A DNA stretch of 64,000 bases from Eledone cirrhosa (Eukaryota), in assembly GCA_964016885.1 (NCBI GenBank), contig OZ024750.1, positions 13,640,001 through 13,704,000 of the forward strand. Reading direction: 5' to 3'. The notes under the pieces are model-generated. The model was not told the DNA's origin and did not search any database. It saw only the letters and a list, made by a program, of their open reading frames with translations. Below are positions 53,197 through 64,000 of this stretch, piece by piece. The position numbers and the translations under genes were made by a program. Position 1 is the first letter of the stretch; each line of letters starts with the position of its first letter.

Positions 53197-53492
53197 AGGA
53201 AGACCTCAATGAAAATTAAGTGGGAGAGTGATACTAAAGAAGATATATAATAGTGACAGACCGACTGAAAGAACTGAAACCATGTATGACTGATATTAAT
53301 TACACCACAAACAGCCAAGCATTTCCTCTTCTCAAATTAAGTACTATAAATGTGTACCTGTTATTTTAACTGTGTTATTTTATTTCCACAAAATAATTCA
53401 ACAGATTAAGCTATTCTACACATGAGCAACATAGCAAGATGGTCACTTCAGTTCAAAATATAGCTCAAGCAATCAATTTATAAATCCCAAGA

Positions 53493-53820
53493 TCATCATC
53501 ATCATCATCATCGTTTAACGTCCATTTTCCACGCTAGCATGGGAATTGGCCCACTTGGTTGTCTTGCTCAGGACTGTCTGGCAGGTTTTCTACGGCTGGA
53601 TACCCTTCCTAACACCAACCACGTTTACAGTGTGGGACTGGGAGGTGTTTACCGTGTTACCTACACAACCACATTACAGCGTGGACTGTATGTTTTTTTT
53701 TGTCGTGACACCTACACGATCTCATTTGTTTAGGACTGGATGCTGTGGTACCAACATAGCTTTTACATCGAAAGGGGTGGTGTAGATGGCGGTGGGGGTA
53801 GGGTTGGGACAGGGGTGTAT
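53493..53820 (-). mobile_element. RTE-tailed SINE-like element
   Basis: Inverse of the 55258-55725 family. Confidence 0.8.
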
Positions 53821-53834
53821 TAATAAAAATTATA

Positions 53835-54062
53835 TTAACCCTTTAACATTTACATTACTCTATTTTTATTATTGTATATTTGCAGTAAAGGCTTTACCTC
53901 ACATAATTATCTCACATAATATCAAATCTATGAAATGTTTATATTATTTATTTTGAGAACAATACCTTAACATCGGCATAAGTGGCTGGTTACAGCCAAC
54001 TTGAACAGAAAAAGGTGAAAGTTTCTGGCCAGATACAACTGGTTTAAATGCTAAAGAGTTAA
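53835..54062. mobile_element. TTAA MITE family 1
   Basis: Family sequence bounded by TTAA. Confidence 0.85.
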
Positions 54063-54078
54063 ACATAGTAAACACCAA

Positions 54079-54266
54079 CCATATATACTCAAATATAAGC
54101 CAAGGAAACAATCGATGGTAAAATAGGGGGTTGGATTATATATGCCACCTAAACAACGTGTTAATTAGATGTCTCACTTTATAAGTTTATTAACAAGGTT
54201 TGGATTTTCACCCATTTTTCAGACATAATTTCAATGGTGGGGCAGCTTACATTCGAGTATATACAG
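54079..54266. mobile_element. Tc2/pogo-like MITE
   Basis: CCATATATACTCAAATATAAGC / GCTTACATTCGAGTATATACAG. Confidence 0.7.
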
Positions 54267-54820
54267 GATTTTGCTAGGCTTATTTTAACGAAATTTTAGA
54301 ACTTTACAAATCTTTGAGGTTGGTGCCATAACCTAGTGTTTCACCAAGTGCTTAATATTCTCTTAAGTCTGAGAATCATTTTTAATGGTTATTTTAAAAT
54401 TAAGTCTTTTAACTATCATTTACCATATAAACACATGTAGCATTTCAGACAAAATTTAAATGAACGGCACAAAGTTAGATTTACAACTATACAAGCAAGA
54501 GTCAACTACATGTTGAAATAATCCTTTGCTAATTTGAGACTGGAATTGGAAGGCATTTCCTAGTGTAATCAATAACATGGTTGCCCTGCAAGTGATAGAT
54601 TTTATTCCATTTCAATTGCTGGATGAAGCTTCAGCATGTTGGATAGGTATGTAATGTAAGCTAAGTGGCAACATGGAGGCTCTCTCTTATTTCACTAAAC
54701 CCTGTGTGCGATATTTTGAGCTGCTGTCAACAACCTAGAAAGTGGTGGGCATTAACAGTTTGATTTACCCTTGACACATTTCATAAAGATAGTCATCAAC
54801 ACTGCCACAAAAGCCACATG

Positions 54821-54860
<40 letters not shown>

Positions 54861-54947
54861 TAAGATTGGTTGTCTTGCTCGTATATATATATATATATAT
54901 ACACACACACATATATATATATACACATTTATATATATATATATATA

Positions 54948-55220
54948 AGGAAAAAATTAGAAATAAGAGGGATCAGATGTTGTTTACTCGAGAGAAGGCT
55001 ACGTTGGTACGGTCACGTGATGCGCATGAAAGACGACAGCTGTATAACAAAGTGCAGGGCAATAAAGATAGACGGTAGCCACGGAGTAGGCAGACCCAGA
55101 AAAACATGGGACGAGCTGATAAATTCCGACCTCACACGCTTACACCTCTCCAAGACAATGTCACTGGACCGAGACCTTTGGCGGTACTCAGTAATAGAGA
55201 AGACCCGCCTTACCTAAATA
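54948..55220 (+). mobile_element. RTE LINE C-terminal fragment with uninterrupted frame
   Basis: KKLEIRGIRCCLLERRLRWYGHVMRMKDDSCITKC..GVGRPRKTWDELI..DRDLWR. Confidence 0.9.
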
Positions 55221-55257
55221 CAAAGTAAAAACCTACTACAGTCAGTAGGCACCTCTA

Positions 55258-55725
55258 TCAAAACACACCCCCGTCCCACCACCTCCACCCCACCCACACC
55301 GCCCCTTTCAATGTAAAGTTATGTTGGTCCCACAACATCCAGGCCGAAACAAATGAGATCGTGTAGGTGTCACGACAAAAAACACACAGTCCACGCTGTA
55401 AATGTGGCCGTGTAGGCAACACGGTAAAAACCTCCCAGCCCCACACTGTAAATGTGGTTGGTGTTAGGAAGGGCATCCAGCTGTAGAAAACCCGCCAGAC
55501 AGTCCACGCTGTAATGTGGCCGTGTAGGCAACACGGTAAAAACCTCCCAACCCCACACTGTAAATGTGGTTGGTGTTAGGAAGGGCATCCAACTGTAGAA
55601 ATCCCGCCAGACAGTCCTATGCGAGCAAGACAACCACTCTTGCCTCAAGTGGGAAAACCCCCGTCCAAACCCATGCAAGCGTGGAACACGGACGCTAAAC
55701 CTGATGATGATGATGATGATGATGA
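55258..55725 (+). mobile_element. RTE-tailed SINE-like element with internal ~110-bp duplication
   Basis: GGAAGGGCATCCA block twice; GACGCTAAACCTGATGATGATG tail. Confidence 0.8.
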
Positions 55726-55848
55726 TATATATATATATAAGTAAAAATTAGCGAGAATCGAATTTCAGCTCAGGAATTAACGAAAAACACTTCCGAGTTG
55801 TATATATATATGTATATATATATATATGTATACATATATATACTTTTT

Positions 55849-55912
<64 letters not shown>

Positions 55913-55927
55913 TATATATATACACAC

Positions 55928-55974
<47 letters not shown>

Positions 55975-56556
55975 TATATATATACACACATAATATATAT
56001 ATATATACACCCCCCATATATATACATACACCCATATATATATATATATAGATGGCAGCCATCTTGTTACCCATAGGCAGATCTCACACAATGCAGCCTC
56101 GACAGATGAATACTGCTTGATTATGGCTGACAACTGATGCAACCAAGACACCATAGTAAAAACCAATATATGGAACATTATATTATGTAACATTATCCCA
56201 TTAATTTAATTTATATTCCTTTGAAGTTCCGATGAGCCACTCTGTTTTTTAAATATGTTAATTATTTTCAACTGAACCAGATCAATTATGATATATAGTC
56301 ATCTGATCCAGAAATATTATATGGAGTAGCGAAACAATTGTAAACGGACATTATTATTATTATTAATATTATTATTATTATTCTCTACATTCCTTACATC
56401 AAACTAAAATATGTTGACAATCATCTTTTAATAGTGTCTTCCTTGTGAAATTTGTGGTCTTGTTTTGCTTAACTAATGAATATATATATATATACACCCC
56501 CCATATATATATATATATATATATACATACACCCATATATATATATATATATATAT

Positions 56557-56732
56557 AACAAAGGAAATGTGGTAAGGAACCAGATGGACCATAACGCACC
56601 AAAGTACTCAATACTTAGGGTAGTAGAGTGGGTAATAGGAACAAGTAGGACCCCGACGGCTGAGCTCAAGCTGTTTCGACGGCTAATTCCGTTGAAGCAG
56701 CTTGAGCTCAGCCGTCGGGGTCCTACTTGTTC

Positions 56733-56736
<4 letters not shown>
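56557..56736 (-). mobile_element. Fold-back Penelope-like remnant (family E)
   Basis: 48-bp inverted arms 56635-56682/56689-56736 with 2 mismatches; minus strand carries hammerhead 3' half GAAACAGCT-TGAGCTC-AGCCGTC; ~78-bp tail; lies in (TA)n. Confidence 0.7.
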
Positions 56737-56771
<35 letters not shown>

Positions 56772-57184
56772 TATATATATATACATAAAATATATATATT
56801 ATATGTCTGTGTATGAGTGTGTGCATATATGTACATACATTTACAAATTTTTATATCAAGGACAGTTTTGGATTGACACCAAAAGTTACTCTGTAATAGA
56901 TAAATATCCGAGTGCAGCTAGCTGCACTCCTTTCAAGAAATGTAGCATATAATTACGGTAAATACAGGAAAATCAACATTCCTGTGTGTGTGTGTGGGGT
57001 ATTTGAGGTGTGCATGTGTGTGTGGTGGGGGAATGTATGTGTGTGGGGATGTATGTGTGTGTGAGTGTGGGGGGGGTATGTGTGTGTGCGGGGATGTCTG
57101 TGTGTCTGTATGTGAGTGTGTGCATGTGTGTGTCTATGTGTGCATGTTTGTGTTTATGTGTGCATGTGTGTATGTGTGCATGTG

Positions 57185-57223
<39 letters not shown>

Positions 57224-57412
57224 TTATGTGTGTGTAACATTCTTGTTTGTTTATAATATTGTAATATAATATTGTAAAGACAAGCTGGCTGGTAGAAACA
57301 TCGGGATAAAACACATTTGACATTTCTTTCCTTTCCTCAAACCTAGGTTTCTTTATCACAGGGTTTTCCAAACTTTTTCAAATGCAGAACCGTTTTGGGG
57401 TCAGAAACTTTT

Positions 57413-57545
57413 GAGCAGACCTCAGATCGCTGAAGCTCACGGAGGAGATGACGAAGGACCGTGACAAGTGGAGAGATGCTGTGCTGAATAGGACCCGTCC
57501 CACCCTTGCAAGCAGGGAAAAGCGGATGTAAAATTATGATGATGA

Positions 57546-57548
<3 letters not shown>
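57413..57548 (+). mobile_element. RTE LINE 3' end
   Basis: ADLRSLKLTEEMTKDRDKWRDAVL, then CCCTTGCAAGCAGGGAAAAGCGGATGTAAAATTATGATG. Confidence 0.85.
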
Positions 57549-57583
<35 letters not shown>

Positions 57584-57741
57584 AGTTTTAATATAGATGA
57601 GATTCTACAGGACTAGAACTGTTTCATGAAACAGTTCTAGTCCTGTAGAATCTCATCTATATTAAAACTTCTATACTCTGCAATGTATTGAGTACCTTAC
57701 TTACTGTGGTTACCTTCGATTCAACCCGGAATAACGTAACT
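57584..57741 (+). mobile_element. Perfect 86-bp palindrome plus tail (Penelope-like, related to family B)
   Basis: 57584-57626 is the exact inverse of 57627-57669; shares TGAAACAGTTCTAGTCCTGTAGAA with 14947-14970. Confidence 0.75.
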
Positions 57742-57744
57742 ATA

Positions 57745-57811
<67 letters not shown>

Positions 57812-58360
57812 GTGTGTGCATATAAACACACATACAAACACACACAAACAAATATATATATACAAACACACACAAACAAATATATATATATACACACACA
57901 CATACACACACGCAATCACACGTACACATGCATACACATACCTACATACTAACCCTAACACTGTGTTCTGTTTTATCAGCTGCTTATCATAAAGATCTAA
58001 GCCAGAGAAGAGTATGTTATACTATAGTATTATAGCATGTATAATTTTCAGCAACTGATTTCACCTGTGATCACAGCTAGTCACCTCAGATAAGAAACTA
58101 AAGAAAAGAGTAACTAGTTCCTTCAACAACGTTACTAAAGTTTTCTTACAATTTCCTGTAACAGCAGCCCCAACCACATCACTACCAAACCAAGTCTACA
58201 AAACTGGTATTATGTAGTGTGTGTGTGTGAGGGTGATTTATAAACAAGCAAATATACATAAATGCATGAACACATGCGTGGTCCTGTAACTCCTGATGGA
58301 GTCATTAAAACACTGTATTGACATACAGCGTTTCTTGGGCATTTTTAAACCTGGTAGAGC

Positions 58361-58421
<61 letters not shown>

Positions 58422-58704
58422 GGTCTGAATATAGCAGATTCCTTCCAGAGAAGAATAGAGAGTGAGAGAATGGAAGTGAGAAAGAAATATAGTGGAAGAA
58501 TCAACCCTAGTGCTAGACTGGTACTTTTTTATTGACTTACAATGGATGAAAGGTAAAGTTGACTTCAGCACGATTTGAACTCAGGGAGCAGAGAGCCAAA
58601 ACGAATACCGCAATGCATTCTATACAAGGTTCTAATGACTGCCAATTCACTGCCTATAAATATATCTAAATACGTACCTATAACTACAAATAAACAAAAA
58701 TACA

Positions 58705-59165
58705 CAAACTCTGAATACCCTATAATGAATAATTAGCAGAAAATATCTAATAACAGGCTTATTAATTTAAATGTTTATAGTATCTTTAGTAGTGGACAGA
58801 TCATTGCAAAAATTTGCAGTATTAAAGTAAAGACTCATTTTTCATGTGATGTAGTCATAGTACTGTTTAGTACTTTCCAAGCATGTCCTGTTAACCCTTT
58901 AGTTACCAACCCGGCCAAAAACAACTCTGGTTCTAAGAAATAAAACCACACTTTTTAAAGGTTTCCAATCTAAATTAAAATCTTCCAACATAATTTTATT
59001 TAAGAAACTTACACTGAGTTACTTTCTTAGAAATGAAATAAATAATAATTTTAGTAAATCCCTCAAAATTCTTCATTAATTAATTAAAATGGAGTGTATT
59101 TCATTAGAAATATGGTCATGAAAGGGTTAATGAGATTTTGTGTGATAGATGAGGTTATGGGTTAA
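58705..59165. mobile_element. TTAA MITE family 3 interrupted by family 2 MITE (58891-59130)
   Basis: Similarity to 52976-53196 on both sides of the TTAA-bounded insert. Confidence 0.7.
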
Positions 59166-59792
59166 CATACACGCACTCATGAAAACCAGCTATGAGTCAT
59201 AGTTAAAAATATACAAACTTGTTAAAAACTATTAAGAATTAGAAAAACAATGTCATTTCACAGTTTTCATAAGTTATGGAGAAGGCACATATGGTAGAGA
59301 CCTGCACTAGATGTTGTACAATCTCAATTTTGATACCTCCTGTTTCTGAGTTCAAATCTCACTGGTGCTTACCTATTTTTTTTTTTCTCTCTCAAAATCG
59401 ATCATTGTTTTGTGAATCAATTATCTTCACTAATGACAGGAAACAAGGAGCAGGCCCTCATTTCCTAATAATAGTGAGAGATGGGGAGAGTAGGAAAGAT
59501 GGAGGCAGTGACAGTGGGAGTTTGGTTCCTTTGTGTTCAGACCTGGTGTTATATGTACATATTTCTTTACCACATACAGACACACACACACAAACATAGT
59601 TGACAAACTATATAGTGACATAGAAAATGAGTTAAACTGTTAATTAATCAATCAGCTATGATTGATTAATTAATCTGCTAGAAATAGCAGCAAAATTTCC
59701 TTCAAATCATACCCTGTCATCTAAAAAAAAAGCACCCATTGGATAATGTAATCTGGAAAACTTTTCGTCATTGTTATTAAAGACTAGAACCC

Positions 59793-59841
59793 TTCTTCTT
59801 TGCCCACTTATTCCTGCAAGGGTCGTGTGGGCAGAGTCCTC
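59793..59841 (-). mobile_element. 49-bp extreme 3' end of (GAA)n-tailed RTE LINE with 14-bp TSD
   Basis: AAAGACTAGAACCC at 59779-59792 and 59842-59855; insert similar to 3713-3760. Confidence 0.85.
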
Positions 59842-61427
59842 AAAGACTAGAACCCAATCCATATCAAAATGGCTCCAATTTCTTCAGTTGTAGTTCTTTA
59901 CTGTTAAATCTACTTTGTCAACTCTTCTGTCAAATATCAAAGCAAATTTACAAATTATTCAACTAATTTCTTATCAACACACACACGCATTCTGTCACAT
60001 ACTCACACACACACAATCACTTACATGCACACACAATCACACACATACACAAATTCTCTCACTCATTTACACACACACACACATTCTCTCACTCATTTAC
60101 ACACACACTCACAAACACAATCACTCACACACACATTCTCTAACTCACACACACACTCCCTCACTCATACACTCACACACACACTCCCTCACACACACGC
60201 ATGCACACACTTACTCTCTCTAACATTATCGATAACTGAGGATGTTCCTAGTAATACAATACAAACTCTGTTCGTCAGAAACAAAACAAAACAAAAAATA
60301 AAATCAACAAGCTTGAGAAAAAAGTCAACTATTTTACTGAAACTCTTTTAATCTACCATAAATTTTACCCAAACTTTACAATAGATGAATCACTGCTGAT
60401 ATGAAACCAGTAATAGTATATGTATATAAAGATGTGGTTAGTTGATCTATGCTGCATGTTATGGGAGGTAAAAAAAACCCAGAACCAACTACCAATTGCA
60501 GATCTGATAAAGAACACAAGATTAGCAAAGGTAGGTAGGAAAAAGTGTGGGAAAAAACCCCACAAAATAGATAGCAATAGGTTTTATTTCTTTCATGCTG
60601 AAAAAACATGGTAGAAGCCAATAGACATTTAAGTAGAAGATTGTATGACTTAATTTACTTGCAACTGGAACTGTAAAATCTATTTATCAACAGATATATA
60701 TCTGTTTATATTAAAATAAAAGAAAAAAAAACGTGAGAGAAGGAAATGAAAGATGTCAGGGGATGAGAAATTATTAAAATAGAAACAACATGAAGCTGAA
60801 GTCCCTAAAGAAACAGTCATTCAGTATCCTATCAAATAGTCAGAAAAATAAAGCAGTGTTAGTTTTCCAAAGCTCACCAGACATGTGAGAAATTAAAACA
60901 TCTTATATGTAATTTGAAGAGAGATAAAAAAACTGCTGCAGAATAAAATAAATCCTGGAAGAAGGCAAAACTGAAATATATTACAACAGACTTAACTGCA
61001 GTGACGATTGGTTAAAAAGATCATAGGATGACTAAGATACTCTCATGGTATGACCAAATGACATAGTCCTTAGAAAGAAACAATGGAGTTATTGATAAGA
61101 AGAGTTGAAATTAATGTATGCAAGATTTCACAGCTCTATCATCATTCCTTCATAGTCAGCCTATGAAAAGTTCATAGGCTGACCAAGATACTCTCATGGA
61201 TAAAAGCATTATATATTGTTTCATTTAATTTATATCATTGACATTTTTGTTTTAGATTATAAATCTTTTAATTACTATTTATTCAGCTTCTTATGTAATT
61301 AAAAAGAAAAGGATTTGATAAGTTATAGAAATTGAGAAAAGTGTCTTATTAATGATGGTAAACAGTTGAGGATGTGTACTGCCTTGTGTTATAATAATGT
61401 AAGTGTTTGCATGAATATATTTATAGA

Positions 61428-61655
61428 TTAACCCTTTAGTATTCACATTATTCTATATATACTATTATATTTTCATGGTAAAGGCTTTACTTCGTATAAT
61501 TATCTCACATAATATCGAATCTATGAGATTTTGAAAGCATTTATTTTGAGAACAATACCTTAACATCAGTATGAGTGGCCTGTTACAGCCAGTTTCAACA
61601 GAAAGAGGTAGAGAATTCTGGCCGGTTTTGGCCGGTTTGAACATTAAAGGGTTAA
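61428..61655. mobile_element. TTAA MITE family 1
   Basis: TTAACCCTTTAGTATTCA...TGAACATTAAAGGGTTAA. Confidence 0.9.
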
Positions 61656-62162
61656 AGGCTGAAAGACTTGCCTGAAAGTGGGGTTTCTTCTCTGAAGACC
61701 TGTTGTCCAGTACTCCTAAAAGTTTTTTACCACTGTGTTTGTATGAATATATTTCAATAAATAGATAAATAAGCGTATGTGTAGACTGCATGTGTGTGTG
61801 TGTTTAATAGCAAACTGTTAGTGTTAGTCAGAGTAGAAAGGAGGAAGTTGGGTGGGGTGGGGTGAGACTGTGTCTGGAGAGATTTAAGAAGTAACCTTAG
61901 AATATAGTCAGAAAAAAACTGAAATTTGGTGAACTAGGTAGAAGTCAGTCAAAAGTGAAATAAAGTATGCAATAACCCTTTTGTTACTATTCTAATGAAA
62001 GATACTATTAATTTCAAATCATTCTGAAAACAATAAAAAAACTTGGTGTGTTTAACAATAAACTTTCACATTGTCAAGTTACTGTTTGGAATATAACTTA
62101 TAGATTCTTACATAAAATTATGATAAAATTATTTTTAGATAAATATACACACACACACACAT

Positions 62163-62223
<61 letters not shown>

Positions 62224-62377
62224 ATAGAACAGAGCACTTTATGCAATATCTGTATGTTATAATATGATTATATTATATGGTTATCTTTTGCTGTTACCAT
62301 TGGTTTCCAATTCTGCATTTGGCTCACACAGACACACACACACACACACACATGCGCGTGTGTATGTGTGTATATAA

Positions 62378-62421
<44 letters not shown>

Positions 62422-62977
62422 TATAGAGAGAGAGAGCAGACAGACAGAGAGTGAGAGACAGGGAGAGTGTGAGAGAGAGATAGAAAGATAGAGACAGTGA
62501 GAGATAGAGAGTAAGAGATAGAGAAGGAGAGGGAGAGAGTGATAGATAGATAGATAGATAGAGAGATAGAAAGTGAGAAATTAAAGCTAACTTGAATTTG
62601 TGTGTGAAGAATCACATGTATGAATAAAGATTGAGATAATAAGTTTAGGTCTGCCACATTCTCTGTCTGACCAACATTCTGAATGCTGCATTGTACACAC
62701 ATACACAGAGACACAGAGGAGGGCTGGTTAACTTACTAATCAAATTATATTGAATACACATACATAAAAACACATCCACTCATGTACACATACAGACTTG
62801 GTCAGATTGCTGATCACACATACATAAGTGTGTGTGTGTGTGTGTGTAATTTTATATACACATATATATATAGAGAGAGAGAGGGGGGAGTGGGGGATCA
62901 GAGAGAGGGGAGAGAGAGGCTGGTTATAGTTGCATATGTATGTATACATAGATTGCAACCTAATCAAATATATATAT

Positions 62978-63311
62978 CATCATCATCATTTTACATCCGC
63001 TTTTCCCTGCTTGCAATGGTGGGATGGGAACTGATTCTGGCTTGATTTCTACAGCTGGATGCCCTTCCTAACACCAACCTCATTTACAGTGAGGGCTGGG
63101 TGCTTTTTTACCGTGGCACCTCCACGACCATTTTGCAGTGGAATGATAGGGAGCCCAGTCCCTATCATCTCATTTCTACAGCTGAGTAAACTGGAGCAAT
63201 GTGAAATAAAGTGTCTTGCTCAAGGAAACAACACATCACCTGGTCTGAGAATTGAACTCACAACATTTCGTTTGCAAGGCCAATGCTCTAACTACTAAGC
63301 CATGTGCCTCC
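62978..63311 (-). mobile_element. Composite tRNA/CORE-like/RTE-tail SINE, full length
   Basis: Near-identical to 21396-21733. Confidence 0.9.
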
Positions 63312-63329
63312 ATATATATAAATTGATCC

Positions 63330-63734
63330 ACTCCTATGAAAAACTGCGGAGGATATGTGACGGCTGGAGAGAAATGATGCAAGCATACTCTGATGGATGT
63401 GCAATGTCAATGTGTGTGAACGACCAAGCATGGACGAGTCAAGAGAGAAACTGTGTACAAGAGGGATAAACTGTAGTGTGCGGGAGAGAAGAGTGCATTC
63501 GTGTGATGCGCATGGAAGATGACCGTTGGGTGAAGAAGTGTCAAGAAATCTCAGTGGAAGGAAGACGCAGTGGAGGAAGACCAAGAAAATCATGGGCGGA
63601 GGTGGTGAGAGCCGACCTCATGTCACTGAAGCTCACAGAGGAGATGATGAAGGACAAATGGAGAGAGATGCTGTGCTGAAAAGGACCCATCCCACCCTTG
63701 CAAGCAAAGAAAAGCAGACGTAAAATGATGATGA
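63330..63734 (+). mobile_element. RTE LINE 3' fragment
   Basis: RLERNDASIL*WMCNV..VMRMEDDRWVKKCQ..GRPRKSWAEVVRAD, then (ATG)n tail. Confidence 0.9.
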
Positions 63735-64000
63735 TATATACATATCAAATTATAACTGCGAGGAAACGATAGACAAAAATATACTTATATATGTGTGTGT
63801 GTATGTGTGTGTGTGTGTGAAAAAACAAAAACCCAAATCATTCCAACTAAACAAGACAACTGGTCTTGATAATGCTCTTACATTATCTTCAGCGCTAGCT
63901 TCTATCTGCAGCCATCTGAAAGTTTTGCAACAAAGATTTGTTTGAATCTCTAGAAACATACAACAGTGTGTGTTGTTATCTAAAGAAACAAACCTGTCTG

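Noticed and set aside
57280-57371. Peptide PVIKKPRFEERKE with NLS-like look
   Set aside because: TTG start inside a hAT-like TIR fragment and runs into (CA)n; no splice support
1-64000. Conserved bilaterian miRNAs, rRNA or snRNA genes
   Set aside because: No mature sequence recognised by eye; the long hairpins are better explained as Penelope-like fold-backs. An Rfam/MirGeneDB search is needed to exclude lineage-specific ones

Overview
This is an AT-rich, microsatellite-dense eukaryotic window. Its repeat content (Meta-domain and CORE-like tRNA SINEs, RTE LINEs with (ATG)n tails, very long (TA)n/(CA)n tracts) points to a coleoid cephalopod, probably an octopod; this is an inference. I found no host protein-coding exon I can support, so the window looks intronic or intergenic. 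Nearly all listed ORFs are read-throughs of microsatellites, minisatellites or decayed transposons. Supported content: about 15 tRNA-derived Meta-domain SINEs, 3 near-identical full-length composite SINEs sharing an RTE 3' tail, about 8 RTE LINE fragments from at least two families, two restriction-like-endonuclease (CRE-like) retrotransposon 3' relics that each gave rise to a minisatellite, three TTAA (piggyBac-type) MITE families that are partly nested, hAT/Tc2/mariner MITEs and many tandem arrays. The most interesting signal is a set of short Penelope-like remnants in (TA)n tracts. They carry type I hammerhead ribozyme motifs from several unrelated families, often as long fold-back palindromes, and cluster at 13.7-15.2 kb. 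Coordinates were read by eye and edges may be off by a few bases.
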